Origin: an uncultured delta proteobacterium
Lineage (GTDB): Bacteria > Myxococcota_A > UBA9160 > SZUA-336
NCBI GenBank assembly: GCA_963704165.1
Contig: CAVPHD010000004.1
Location: 32,001 to 96,000, forward strand
Direction: 5' to 3'
Length of the DNA stretch: 64,000 nt
Part shown: piece by piece, positions 1 through 9,728 of the stretch
Position numbering within the stretch: position 1 is the stretch's first letter
Layout: each line of letters begins with the position of its first letter
Notes under the pieces: generated by a model
Databases searched by the model: none
The model's input: only the letters and a program-made list of their open reading frames with translations
Told to the model about the DNA's origin: nothing
Translations under genes and position numbers: made by a program

Positions 1-1
1 C

Positions 2-223
2 GAAGCCGAGGCGACGAAGATCCAGGACCTGTTTCTCGAGGGGAAGCGCGCGGAGGCGATCGCTTCGGTGCCGGACCAGTTCGCCGACGAGGTCTCTCTC
101 GTCGGGCCGATCGAGCGCATCCGCGACCGGCTGCAGGCCTGGAAGAGGACGCCCGTCACCACGCTTCTCGTCGGGGCGCACGACCCGGCGGTGATGCGCA
201 CGATGGCCGAGCTCGTGCTGTAG
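2..223 (+). CDS. LLM-class (probably F420-dependent) oxidoreductase, C-terminal fragment cut by the window edge
   Basis: Manual translation EAEATKIQDLFLEGKRAEAIASVPDQFADEVSLVGPIERIRDRLQAWK...AELVL* resembles an LLM C-terminus. Confidence 0.7.
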   Translation, partial: EAEATKIQDLFLEGKRAEAIASVPDQFADEVSLVGPIERIRDRLQAWKRTPVTTLLVGAHDPAVMRTMAELVL

Positions 224-230
224 CCGCGAC

Positions 231-938
231 GTGGAGAAACTCGTCTATCTGCTATGGAAGCGCGACTCCGACGGGGTCGAGCGTTTCCGCGAGCAGCTGC
301 TCGAGACCGCGGCCCCGAAGCTTCTCTCGGACGGCGCGCTCGCGCTCGTCGCGAACGTCTCCGATCTGCACGGGCAGCTCGGTCCGCGCAACCCGCTGGT
401 GGTCGGTGACGGCCGCGAGATCTCGGCGAGCGTCTCCGTCTGGCTCGATTCGCTGGACGCGCGGCTCGCGCTCGAAGCGACGCTCTCCGGTGTCGCATCG
501 CGCGTTCACGGCTACTCGGTCACGGAGTCGGTGCCGTTGCGCTGCCCCGATCGCGACTGGGCCGACGGCGAGCGCAGCCCCGGCGTCACCCTCTGGACCG
601 CGTTCCCCAAGCCCGAGCGGCTCAGCGACGCGGAGTTCTTCGCGCACTGGTACGGCTCGCACACGCCGCTCTCGTTCGAGATCCATCCGCTCTGGCAGTA
701 CGTGCGGAACGCCGTCGTGCGGCCGCTCACGCCCGGCTCGAAGCCGTTCCGCGCGATCGTAGAGGAACGCTTCCGGTCGCTCGAAGAGATCCTCGACCTG
801 AAGCACTTCTTCGGGGGCGACCTCGCGAACATCAAGCGGGTGACGGACGACCTGGCGGCCTTCACCGAGATGGCGACGATGAACACGACACCGATGAGCG
901 AGTTCATCGTGAAGAGCGAGCCGTGGATTTCGATCTGA
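231..938 (+). CDS. EthD-domain protein
   Basis: Segment LSDAEFFAHWYGSHTPL...YVRNAVVRPLTPG...AIVEERF. Confidence 0.7.
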   Translation: MEKLVYLLWKRDSDGVERFREQLLETAAPKLLSDGALALVANVSDLHGQLGPRNPLVVGDGREISASVSVWLDSLDARLALEATLSGVASRVHGYSVTESVPLRCPDRDWADGERSPGVTLWTAFPKPERLSDAEFFAHWYGSHTPLSFEIHPLWQYVRNAVVRPLTPGSKPFRAIVEERFRSLEEILDLKHFFGGDLANIKRVTDDLAAFTEMATMNTTPMSEFIVKSEPWISI

Positions 939-969
939 GGCGCGGCGTTTCCGCGCGGAGGGTTCACCG

Positions 970-2061
970 ATGAGTGACCTGGCGCAACGGTGGGCCGCGC
1001 TTCGGGCTCGCTTGCCGGAACAGCTGATCGCGCGCTCGCTGGCCGACGTGAAGGTCGTGCGGCTGCCCGCGAACGTTCCACCCTGGACCGACATCGACGT
1101 CCGCGCCGCGAAGGGCGACGAGATCACGATTCTCGCCGAGGGGCGCGCGATCGTCTCGGTCGAAGCCGGTCTGACGTCGCGACCGCGCTACGCGCTCTGG
1201 GCGCGGCTCGGCGGACGCGGTCCGATCTGGACCGGCACGCGCGACACGCAGAGTTTCCGCTGCGACCGCGACGGAGCGCTCGAGCTCGCGATCTACAACG
1301 GCGAGTGGAAGTCGCCCGACGGTGTGCTCGCGACTCCGACCGAGGCGTACGCGGGTCTCACGGGCGCGATCGATGCGCTCGTGCTTCACTGGCGCGGCGA
1401 GGCGCGCGACGGACTCGAGGCGCTTGCGCGAGCTGCGCCCGGGGAGCCGCTCATCGAGGCGGAACTCGCGCGCTTGGCGGCCCCGGCCGTGCGCCCCGCG
1501 GGCTGGAACTACCTGTGGTTCCTCGGCCAGAGCGACACCTTCCGCGCGCACCGTCCGCGCGACGGACAATCCTGCATCGCCTGCGTGACCGACGACGACG
1601 TCGCGATCCTGCGTCGGCCCGTTTCGCTACCTCTCGGTCCCGACACGGAGATCCGCTGGCGCTGGCGCGTCGCCTCGCTCCCCTCGAGTCGGCCCGAAGA
1701 CAGTCTTCTGTGTCACGACTACCTCTCGGTCGCGGTCGAGTTCGACAACGGCCGCGATCTGTCCTGGTACTGGAGCTCGACGCTCCCGACCGGGACGCAC
1801 TTCGCGTGTCCGATTCCGCAGTGGAACCCGCGCGAGACGCATCTCGTCGTGCGCTCGGGTGCGGAAGGTCTCGGGGCGTGGCAGACCGAGCAGCGCGACG
1901 TCCTCGCCGATTACGCCCGGACGATGGGTGAGCCGCCCGCGCGGATCGTCGCGGTCTGGCTGATCGCGGTGAGCATGTTCCAGCACGGTCGCGGCGAAGC
2001 CGAGTTCGCCGACATCGTGCTGTCTTCCGCCGGCGAACGCGTGGAGATCGCGGGCCGGTGA
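970..2061 (+). CDS. DUF3047-domain protein with N-terminal extension
   Basis: C-terminal WRWRV...LSWYWS...VVRSG...WQTEQRDVLADY...A.FADI pattern. Confidence 0.7.
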   Translation: MSDLAQRWAALRARLPEQLIARSLADVKVVRLPANVPPWTDIDVRAAKGDEITILAEGRAIVSVEAGLTSRPRYALWARLGGRGPIWTGTRDTQSFRCDRDGALELAIYNGEWKSPDGVLATPTEAYAGLTGAIDALVLHWRGEARDGLEALARAAPGEPLIEAELARLAAPAVRPAGWNYLWFLGQSDTFRAHRPRDGQSCIACVTDDDVAILRRPVSLPLGPDTEIRWRWRVASLPSSRPEDSLLCHDYLSVAVEFDNGRDLSWYWSSTLPTGTHFACPIPQWNPRETHLVVRSGAEGLGAWQTEQRDVLADYARTMGEPPARIVAVWLIAVSMFQHGRGEAEFADIVLSSAGERVEIAGR

Positions 2062-3074
2062 GTCGGATCGATGTGCGCGACCTCGCGCCGGCGGATCTCG
2101 AGTCCGCTTCGCGGCTGCTCTCGACGCGTCTCTCGCACGCGCACGCGCTTTCGGAGAATCCCGGCTTCGCGGCGCGCGACACGGCGGAGTGTCGGAAGTC
2201 GCTCGAGAAGCTCGCTTCGGGAAAGTACGCGCGCGGCGCGATCGCAACGGCGGCGGGCGAGCCGGTCGGCTTCCTGTTCGCGGAGCGGAACCTGACCGCT
2301 CCGGACTCGCCGCAGGCCTACTTCAGCCCGGCGTTCTCGGTCGCGAGTCCGCTCCAGGGCCACGCCGTGGCCCCGGACCGGAACCCCGGCGCGATCTACC
2401 GCGCGCTCTACGCGCACCTCGCCGGCGACCTCGTGCGGGACGGATTCCTCGATTTCGGCGTCGGCGTGCTCGCTTCCGAGCACGAGGCCCACGACGCGTG
2501 GGTGAATCTGGGCTTCGGACGTCACTTCACGCTGGCCTTGCGAGGCGTCGAGCCCCTCGCCGAGCCGTCGCGCGGCGACGTCGAGATCCGCGAGGCGACG
2601 GAGAAGGAGCTTCCCGACGTCTTCGCGTTGCTGGCCGAGCAGCGGGCATTCCACGCCCGTGCTCCGATGTTCCTGCCCGACCTGCGCATCCTCCATGGCC
2701 CGCAGGAGGAGATGGCGCGCTCGATGTTCGGGCAGCCGCGCTGCCCGATCTTCATCGCCTGGCGCGATCGCGAAGCGCTCGGCATGCAGCTCTTCGCACC
2801 GCGCGCGTTCGTTTCCTGGCCGGTGCGCGACGAGGGGACGGTCTACCTCTTCCACGGCGTGGTTCGCGAGCGGGAGCGCGGCTCGGGCGTCGGCGCTTCG
2901 CTGCTCGAGCACTCGCTGGCCTGGATGCGCCGTGAAGGCGTGACCCGCTGCGGGTTACACTACCTGTCCGCGAACCCGTCCGGCTCGGTCTTCTGGACGA
3001 GACACGGATTCCGGCCGGCCGAGCACTACCTTCACCGCGCGGTCGATGCACGCATGGCATGGAGTGCCCGGTGA
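2058..3074 (+). CDS. GNAT-family N-acetyltransferase, probably tandem GNAT
   Basis: Acetyl-CoA motif RERGSGVGASLL and FWTRHGF; 4-nt overlaps with both neighbours. Confidence 0.75.
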   Translation: MSRIDVRDLAPADLESASRLLSTRLSHAHALSENPGFAARDTAECRKSLEKLASGKYARGAIATAAGEPVGFLFAERNLTAPDSPQAYFSPAFSVASPLQGHAVAPDRNPGAIYRALYAHLAGDLVRDGFLDFGVGVLASEHEAHDAWVNLGFGRHFTLALRGVEPLAEPSRGDVEIREATEKELPDVFALLAEQRAFHARAPMFLPDLRILHGPQEEMARSMFGQPRCPIFIAWRDREALGMQLFAPRAFVSWPVRDEGTVYLFHGVVRERERGSGVGASLLEHSLAWMRREGVTRCGLHYLSANPSGSVFWTRHGFRPAEHYLHRAVDARMAWSAR

Positions 3075-6000
3075 ACGAACGCGCGACCCACCGCTTCGGC
3101 AAGTTCGTCGTGCGTCAGCGCCACGCGATCGCTCTGCTCCTGGCGCTCGCGACGCTCTTCTTCCTGTACCCGACCGTGAACGCGGTCTCGACCGGGCTCG
3201 GGCGAAAGCTTCCCGGGCCGACCGTTCGGATCGGCAGCGACGCGCGCGCCCAGCTCCCCGATCACGCCTTCATTCACGCGCAGAACAAGTTCGCGGGCGA
3301 GTTCGGCAACTCGACGCTCGTCGCGATCTCGCTCGTGGTCGAAGACGGCACGATCTGGACGCCCGAGGCGCTCGCGAAGATCGACGCGATCACGAAGTCG
3401 CTCGATGGCTGGGACTACGACGCCCGCACGGACGAGCGCAAGCACGCGCGCGCGGAGCTCGAGCAGGCGGGCCGGCTCGGACGCGAAGAGATCCGCGCCG
3501 AGCTCGATCGCCGCTTCCCGCCGTACCCGGTGAACCACGACCACGTCCGATCGATCACGCACATGTCGGCGCGCGTCGTGCAGATGGAGAAGGACGGCAC
3601 GATCACGGCGGAGCTTCTGATGGAGGATCCGCCCGAGACGCAGGAGGATGCGGACGAGACCCGCCGGCGCGCGCTCGAGCTGATGCCGGACCAGATGCTC
3701 CGGATGCTCGTGTCCCGCGACGAGAAGGCGGCGCTGATCACCGCCGGCTTCGTCACGCACAGGCTGAACGGGCTCGAGGTGTATCGGGCGGTCTTCGATC
3801 ACCTGCGGGCGCTGCAGGAGCGCGAGCAGGACGATCGGCACCGTGTCTACGTGACCGGCGCGCCGCTCGCGGTCGGCTATCTGATCTCGCACGCCTGGCA
3901 GCTGGTGCTCTCGGTCGTGGCCGCGGTGCTGGCGATCTTCGCTCTGCTCTGGGCGTACTTCCGCCGCTGGCACGGCGTGCTGATCCCGATGATCGCGGCG
4001 GCGGTGACGGTGATCTGGGGCACGGGCTTCACCGGCTGGGCGGGAATCGCATTCGACCCGCTCGTGATCGTGATTCCGATGCTGATCACCGCGCGCGCCG
4101 TCTCGCACACGGTGCAGATGGCCGAGCGGTTCTTCGAGGACTACGAGCGGCTCTATCCACTCTACCAGGACCGCGAGCGCGCGAAGCTCGAGGCCGCGGC
4201 CGTCGCGATGGGCGAGCTGGTCGTGCCGGGAACGCTCGGCATCCTGACCGACGTCGCGGGTCTGCTCGTGATCCTCGTGACCACGATCCCGCAGATGCGC
4301 GACCTCGGCATCTTCGGCGCGTTCTGGGTCGCGTCGATCGTCGCCACCGTCGAGATCCTGCACCCGATTCTGATCTGCTTCCTGCCCGCACCGAAGGAGT
4401 TCCGGCACTACACGCCCGCGTTGATGACGCGCTACGTCGGCTGGGTCGCCGATTTCGTCACGCATCCGCGCGGGCGTTGGATCGTCGCGGGCACGTTCGC
4501 CTTGGTCTTCGTCGTCTCGGGCTGGGCGACGCTGCGCTGGTCCACGATCGGCGAGGCGCGTCCGGGCATTCCGCTCTTCTGGCCGGATCATCCGTTCAAC
4601 GTCGCGACGGGGGTGATCGGCGAGAAGTTCGGCGGCGCCGACGCGCTGGTGATCTACGCCGAGGGCGACCGCGACGAATCGGCGGGGGAGTCCGAGGTGC
4701 TGAACAAGATGCAGGACCTCGAGCGCGAGCTGCGCGCGAAGACCGGCGCGGTCGCCGTGATCTCACCGGTTCCGCTCGTGCGCGCGGCGAACCGCTCGTT
4801 CCGCTACGGCGAGCCGAAGCAGGAGATCATTCCCGAGAACGCACGCGCGCTGCTGATCTTCCTGCGCTTCAACAGCCCACCCGGTGCGCTCTCGTCGATC
4901 GTCACGGCCAACGGCCGCGCCTCGACGCTGACGGCGATCTATCCCGATCACAAGGGCGAGACGATTCGACGCGCGGTGGAGGTATCCGAGGACTTCATCG
5001 CGAAGAACCCGATGGGTGCGATCTCGATCCGGCTCGCCGAGAACCACGCCGGTCCGGACGACGTCTGGTGGAAGCCCGAGCGGGTGAAGGATTTCGTCTA
5101 CTACATGCTCGGCCCGCTCCTCCCCGCGCGCGCACACACGCTGCGCGTGCTGCGGAAGGAAGACGGCGAGTACGTGCCCTTCGAGGTCAAGACCGTCGCG
5201 CGCGATGGCGCACCCGAGTGGCTCGAGGAGTTTCGCGCCGCGGCGCACGCGAAGTACGCGAAGGAGGCGAGCTCACGCCGCCCGGGCCGCATGTTCAACT
5301 GGCCCGCTGAGCTCGAGGACTGGCAGGCCTCCGACGTCGATCAGTGGTTCGAGAACGAGAAGCTGCGGATCCGCGCGGTGGCCGTCCACACGAAGGATCT
5401 TCTGGTCCAGGATCGGAAGTCGCAGGGATCCGCGCCGACCTACCAGCCGACGCAGCAGTGGACGCGCGGCGTGCAGCTGGTCATGGCCGGCGGTCCGCTC
5501 GGCATGCTCGCCGCCGTGAACGACGAGGTCGAGCGCGGCCACCTCGCGAACATCTCGCTGATCCTGTTCGTGATCTTCGTGCTGCACTCCGTCACCTATC
5601 GCTCGACGATCTCGGGCGGGATCATCTTCCTGCAGCTCGCCACGGCGACGCTGCTCTCGCTCGCGTTCATGGCCGTGCGCGGCGTGGGTCTGAACATCAA
5701 CACGTTGCCGGTGCAGGCGGTCGGCGTCGGAATCGGCGTCGACTACGCGATCTACATCGTCGATCGCATCCGTCAGGAGCTCGCGGTTCGGGGGAACCTG
5801 GAGGAAGCGATCCGCGCATCGGTGCGGACGACGGGCATGGCGGTGACGTTCACCGGCACCACGGTGGTGGGCGGGATCGGCTTCTGGGTCCTCTCGGACC
5901 TGCGGTTCCAGGCCGAGATGGCGCAGCTTCTGATCGTGCTGATGGCGATCAACATGCTGGCCGCGGTCACGTTGGTGCCGGCGCTGTACGCGATTCTGCG

Positions 6001-6079
6001 TCCTGGCGTTCCGCGTTCGCGAGGGAATCGGGAATCGACATCTGGAGCGGCCGAGTCGGCCGTGGAGGAGGCGGCATGA
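3071..6079 (+). CDS. RND/MMPL-family transporter with a large periplasmic insertion
   Basis: Two repeats of hydrophobic TM blocks; GVGIGVDYAIY and ARAVSHTVQ motifs. Confidence 0.85.
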   Translation: MNERATHRFGKFVVRQRHAIALLLALATLFFLYPTVNAVSTGLGRKLPGPTVRIGSDARAQLPDHAFIHAQNKFAGEFGNSTLVAISLVVEDGTIWTPEALAKIDAITKSLDGWDYDARTDERKHARAELEQAGRLGREEIRAELDRRFPPYPVNHDHVRSITHMSARVVQMEKDGTITAELLMEDPPETQEDADETRRRALELMPDQMLRMLVSRDEKAALITAGFVTHRLNGLEVYRAVFDHLRALQEREQDDRHRVYVTGAPLAVGYLISHAWQLVLSVVAAVLAIFALLWAYFRRWHGVLIPMIAAAVTVIWGTGFTGWAGIAFDPLVIVIPMLITARAVSHTVQMAERFFEDYERLYPLYQDRERAKLEAAAVAMGELVVPGTLGILTDVAGLLVILVTTIPQMRDLGIFGAFWVASIVATVEILHPILICFLPAPKEFRHYTPALMTRYVGWVADFVTHPRGRWIVAGTFALVFVVSGWATLRWSTIGEARPGIPLFWPDHPFNVATGVIGEKFGGADALVIYAEGDRDESAGESEVLNKMQDLERELRAKTGAVAVISPVPLVRAANRSFRYGEPKQEIIPENARALLIFLRFNSPPGALSSIVTANGRASTLTAIYPDHKGETIRRAVEVSEDFIAKNPMGAISIRLAENHAGPDDVWWKPERVKDFVYYMLGPLLPARAHTLRVLRKEDGEYVPFEVKTVARDGAPEWLEEFRAAAHAKYAKEASSRRPGRMFNWPAELEDWQASDVDQWFENEKLRIRAVAVHTKDLLVQDRKSQGSAPTYQPTQQWTRGVQLVMAGGPLGMLAAVNDEVERGHLANISLILFVIFVLHSVTYRSTISGGIIFLQLATATLLSLAFMAVRGVGLNINTLPVQAVGVGIGVDYAIYIVDRIRQELAVRGNLEEAIRASVRTTGMAVTFTGTTVVGGIGFWVLSDLRFQAEMAQLLIVLMAINMLAAVTLVPALYAILRPGVPRSRGNRESTSGAAESAVEEAA

Positions 6080-6903
6080 GGCTTTCGGGGAAGATCGCGA
6101 TCGTGACGGGTGGCGCGCGGGGGATCGGTGCGGGAATCGCACGTTGTCTCGCGGCCGACGGTGCGAAGGTCGGAATCGTCGACATCGACGGTGCGGAGGC
6201 CGAGAAGACGGCGGCCTCGCTCGGCGTCGCCGCGCTCGGTGTCGCGGCGGACGTTTCGGACGAGCGCGCGATCGCGGACGCGACCGCGCGCATCCACGCG
6301 GAGCTCGGCGGGCTCGACATCTTCGTGAACAACGCGGGCGCGGGGACCGGCGTGATCCGGCCGGAGGAGATCCCGACCGGGCCGGGGCTCGAGAACCTTC
6401 CGCAGGCCTCCTGGGATTCGCAGCTCGCGAACAACCTGCGGACGACGTTCGCGGGCTGCAAGGCCGCGATCCCGCGACTGCGCGCGCGCGGGGGCGGCGC
6501 GATCGTGAACATCGCCTCGATCGCGGCGCTGGTGCCCTCGCCGCAGCTCGCCGCCTACGGCGCCGCGAAGGCGGGCGTCGTGCACCTCTCGAAGTCGCTC
6601 GCGCTCGAGCTCGGTCCCTCGAACATCCGCGTGAACGCGATCTGTCCGGGCTTCCTCTGGACGCGCGCCTGGGAGGGGCTGGCGACGGTGATGAAGCTGA
6701 CCCGGCCGGAGTACCGCGACATGGAGCCGCGGCAGATCTTCCTCGCTGCGGTGAAGCAGGCCGCGCCGCTCGGCCGCGAGCAGACGCCCGAGGACATCGG
6801 CAAGCTCGTCTGTTTTCTCGCGAGCGACGACGCGATCAACATCACCGGACAGGAGATCAAGGTCGACGGCGGCATCACGCTGCGGACCGGCGCCGGAGTC
6901 TGA
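6076..6903 (+). CDS. SDR-family oxidoreductase
   Basis: TGGARGIG, NNAG, YGAAK; ATG at 6076 with GGAGGAGG RBS. Confidence 0.9.
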   Translation: MRLSGKIAIVTGGARGIGAGIARCLAADGAKVGIVDIDGAEAEKTAASLGVAALGVAADVSDERAIADATARIHAELGGLDIFVNNAGAGTGVIRPEEIPTGPGLENLPQASWDSQLANNLRTTFAGCKAAIPRLRARGGGAIVNIASIAALVPSPQLAAYGAAKAGVVHLSKSLALELGPSNIRVNAICPGFLWTRAWEGLATVMKLTRPEYRDMEPRQIFLAAVKQAAPLGREQTPEDIGKLVCFLASDDAINITGQEIKVDGGITLRTGAGV

Positions 6904-8838
6904 TCAGAACAGCGCGAGCTGATCGGTTTCGGGGCGGCGGAAGGCGGCGGTGTTGAGCGTCGGGCCCGATGCTTCCATTCCGCTTCGACGGCGCGCGAGC
7001 GCGACGAGCTCTGCGATCTGCCCGGCCCAGATCCCGGTTCCGCGGTGGCGGAGGCCGAAGCGCGACTCGTTCGACTTCCCGCCGCGCAGATCCGCGAGCC
7101 GGTGCAGGATCTTCTCGCGCCGGTCCGGTTCGTGATCTTCGAGCCACTGCGCGAACAGGTCCTTCACCGCCCAGGGCAGACGCAGGAGCTGCCAGCCCGC
7201 CCACGCTGCGCCCGACGCGCCGGCCGCGGCGACGAGCGCGGGGATCTCGTGCTCGGTCAGCCCCGGGACGATCGGTGCCAGGTTCACGCCGACGGGAATT
7301 CCCGCGCGGGCCAGCTGCTCGATCGCCCAGAGCCGCGCGCGAGGTTGCGCGGCGCGCGGCTCCATCCGGCGCGCGAGCTCGGGGTCGAGCGTGGTGAGCG
7401 AGATCGTCACCGACACCGCATCGTGTCGGGCGAGCTCCTGCAGCACGTCGCCGTCCCGCACGATCAGCCGGCTCTTGGTGATGATCGCGCAGGGATTTCG
7501 GAAGTCCGCGAGCACTTCGAGCGATCGCCGCGTGATCCGCAGCTTCCGCTCGATCGGCTGGTAGGCGTCGGTCACGCCCGAGATGCCGATCGGCTGCGGC
7601 TTCCAGCTCTTCGCGGACAGCGCTCCGCGCAGAAGCTCGGGCAGTTCGTGCTTCACCAGGATTCGCGTCTCGAAGTCGAGGCCGGCCGAGTAGCCGAGGT
7701 ATTCGTGGGTCGGTCTCGCGTAGCAGTTGTGCGTCGCAAGGCCCGCGGCGAAGAACGTGCCGGTGGAGGTCTGGATGTCGACCACGTCGAGATCGCCTTC
7801 GCGCACGATCGCGTGAATTCGCTCCGGTGAGGTCGGTGGCACGTGCCCGAAGAGCGACTCGCGATGCCGCGCCGCGGCGGGCGCGACCGTCGAGACGAAG
7901 CGCAGTCGCTCGGCGCCGGAACCCACGCGGCCGGGATCGAAGCCGAGCGACCGCGCATAGCCGTGCGCGCGAGCGCTCGCTTCTCCGCGTCCGCTCGCGT
8001 CGAGGTGCCCCGCGAGGAATCCGCGGCGGTAGCCGCGGCTCGAGCGCTCGACGTCGATCAGCTTGAAGAGGATCGCGAGGCTCGCGAGCGAGCGGACCTC
8101 GAGCGTCGAAGCCGGAAGAACGGAAACGGAGACGCCGAATCCCGCGAGGCAGGCGACGAGTCGCGCGCGCGTTTCGCGGTCGGGAAGCGCGATGCGGTAA
8201 TACGCCTTCCTCGGATCGAAGCGATGGCCCCGGCCGAGCGAGAGCCCGGCGACGTAACCGGCTCGGTAGTCGTCGTCGATCGGCTCCGCGATCACGACCG
8301 GCAGGTGCCGCAACGTCGCTCCGACCTCGAGCTGATCCGTGCGCGACCAGCGGAATCCCCGAGCGCGCAGCCAGCGGTGCTCGGCCGTGGTCACGACCTC
8401 CGCGTGCTCGGTCACGAGCCGAACGCCGGGCTTGCGCGCGGACCAGACGGCCAGAACGGAAGACGGCCGCAGCTTCCATCTCGAGCCCGGACGCGGAACC
8501 TCGTCGAAGCCCGCGAGCACGTCCCCGCGCTTCACCTCCCCGAGCGGTCGCCACGCGAGATCGGCGTAGAGCACGGGCGTGTCGGGCGCGAGGCAGTAGA
8601 TGCAGCCGTGCTCGCAGCCGCGGTACGGATTGATCCCCACCTCGAAGCCGACATCCGGACTCTGGTTTCGCGACAGCGCGCTGCGCGAAGCGTCCGCGAT
8701 GAAGCGGGTGCGCGGATCGGGGGTCTCGTCGTCCGCAAAACCGCTCGCGGGATCGGGCTCGAAGCGCGCGGTCTCGAACCGGTTCGGGAGCGTCTGATTC
8801 GTGCCCCGTCCGCGGATCGGCTCCCGAAACTGCGCCAC
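6904..8838 (-). CDS. Radical SAM protein (PA0069/Rv2578c, spore-photoproduct-lyase-like family), interrupted by an intein
   Basis: Spliced sequence NPYRGCEHGCIY|CYARPTHEYLG...GLDFETRI; also TDAYQPIE and MEPRAA. Confidence 0.9.
   Translation of the reverse strand: MAQFREPIRGRGTNQTLPNRFETARFEPDPASGFADDETPDPRTRFIADASRSALSRNQSPDVGFEVGINPYRGCEHGCIYCLAPDTPVLYADLAWRPLGEVKRGDVLAGFDEVPRPGSRWKLRPSSVLAVWSARKPGVRLVTEHAEVVTTAEHRWLRARGFRWSRTDQLEVGATLRHLPVVIAEPIDDDYRAGYVAGLSLGRGHRFDPRKAYYRIALPDRETRARLVACLAGFGVSVSVLPASTLEVRSLASLAILFKLIDVERSSRGYRRGFLAGHLDASGRGEASARAHGYARSLGFDPGRVGSGAERLRFVSTVAPAAARHRESLFGHVPPTSPERIHAIVREGDLDVVDIQTSTGTFFAAGLATHNCYARPTHEYLGYSAGLDFETRILVKHELPELLRGALSAKSWKPQPIGISGVTDAYQPIERKLRITRRSLEVLADFRNPCAIITKSRLIVRDGDVLQELARHDAVSVTISLTTLDPELARRMEPRAAQPRARLWAIEQLARAGIPVGVNLAPIVPGLTEHEIPALVAAAGASGAAWAGWQLLRLPWAVKDLFAQWLEDHEPDRREKILHRLADLRGGKSNESRFGLRHRGTGIWAGQIAELVALARRRSGMEASGPTLNTAAFRRPETDQLALF
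7726..8595 (-). mobile_element. Intein (290 aa) with degenerate LAGLIDADG endonuclease
   Basis: Block A CLAPDTPV, block B TTAEHRW, blocks F/G VVDIQTSTGTFFAAGLATHN|C; LAGLIDADG-like YVAGLSLGRG and FLAGHLDASG. Confidence 0.92.
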
Positions 8839-8844
8839 GTTCGC

Positions 8845-8869
8845 AGCCTAGACGAAGAAAAAGCGAATA
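8845..8869 (-). promoter_or_regulatory. Putative leaderless promoter (-10 TAGGCT) with a LexA-like direct repeat
   Basis: TAGGCT lies 6 nt before the GTG; minus-strand ATTC-N7-CTTC resembles a GTTC-N7-GTTC SOS box. Confidence 0.4.
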
Positions 8870-8936
8870 TCCAGCCGGTCCGGCAAGTGCCCGTCTTCGC
8901 TGATAGGATCAGCCTTCGATCCAAAGGAGATCCACG

Positions 8937-9723
8937 ATGGGCGAGCTGCTCTACGAGAAAGACGGTCCGATCGCGACGATCACCCTGAACCGCCCCGAGC
9001 GCATGAACACGATCTCGGGCCCGATGCTCGCCGAGCTTTCCGAGCGGCTTCTCGAGGCGAACGCCGACCGCGAAGTGCGCGCGATCATTCTCACCGGATC
9101 GGGCCGCGCGTTCTGCGCGGGGCTCGATCTACAGGACGCTTCGAGCGGCACCGGAATTGGCGGCGGCGGATCGATGGGCGTGACGCTCGACCTCCGGGAC
9201 GCGCCACCCACGGTTCTGCACAAGCTCGACACGCCGGTGATCTGCGCGCTGAACGGCGGCGCGGCCGGTTACGGCATGGATCTCGCGCTCGGCTGCGACA
9301 TCCGCATCGCGAGCACGCGCGCGAAGCTCGCCGCCGCGTTCACGCAAGCGCGGCGTGCTGCCCGAATCGGGTGGAACCTGGATCCTGCCTCGGCTCGTCG
9401 GCTGGTCGAAGGCGGCCGAGATCATCTTCACGGGCCGCACGCTCGACGCAGATCAGTGTCTGGCGGAAGGCCTCGTGAGCCAGGTCGTGCCCGAGGAGAG
9501 CCTGATGGATTCCGCGCGCGCGCTCGCGAACGAGATCGCGTCGAACGCGCCGCTCGCGGTGCAGGGCGCCAAGCGCATGATGAGGATCGGCCTCTCGGAA
9601 CAGTTCGACGACCACGTCCACCACGTCTTCCTCCAGCTCCTGCCGCTCTTCCAGTCCCAGGACTTCCGCGAGGGCATGAAGAGCTTCCTCGAGAAGCGCG
9701 AGCCGAAGTTCCACGGGAAGTAG
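8937..9723 (+). CDS. Enoyl-CoA hydratase/isomerase, with a +1 frameshift near 9345 (likely sequencing error)
   Basis: LNRPERMN, AFCAGLDL, ALGCDIRIA, then GVLPESGG...EKREPKF in the next frame. Confidence 0.85.
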
Positions 9724-9728
9724 GGTCG

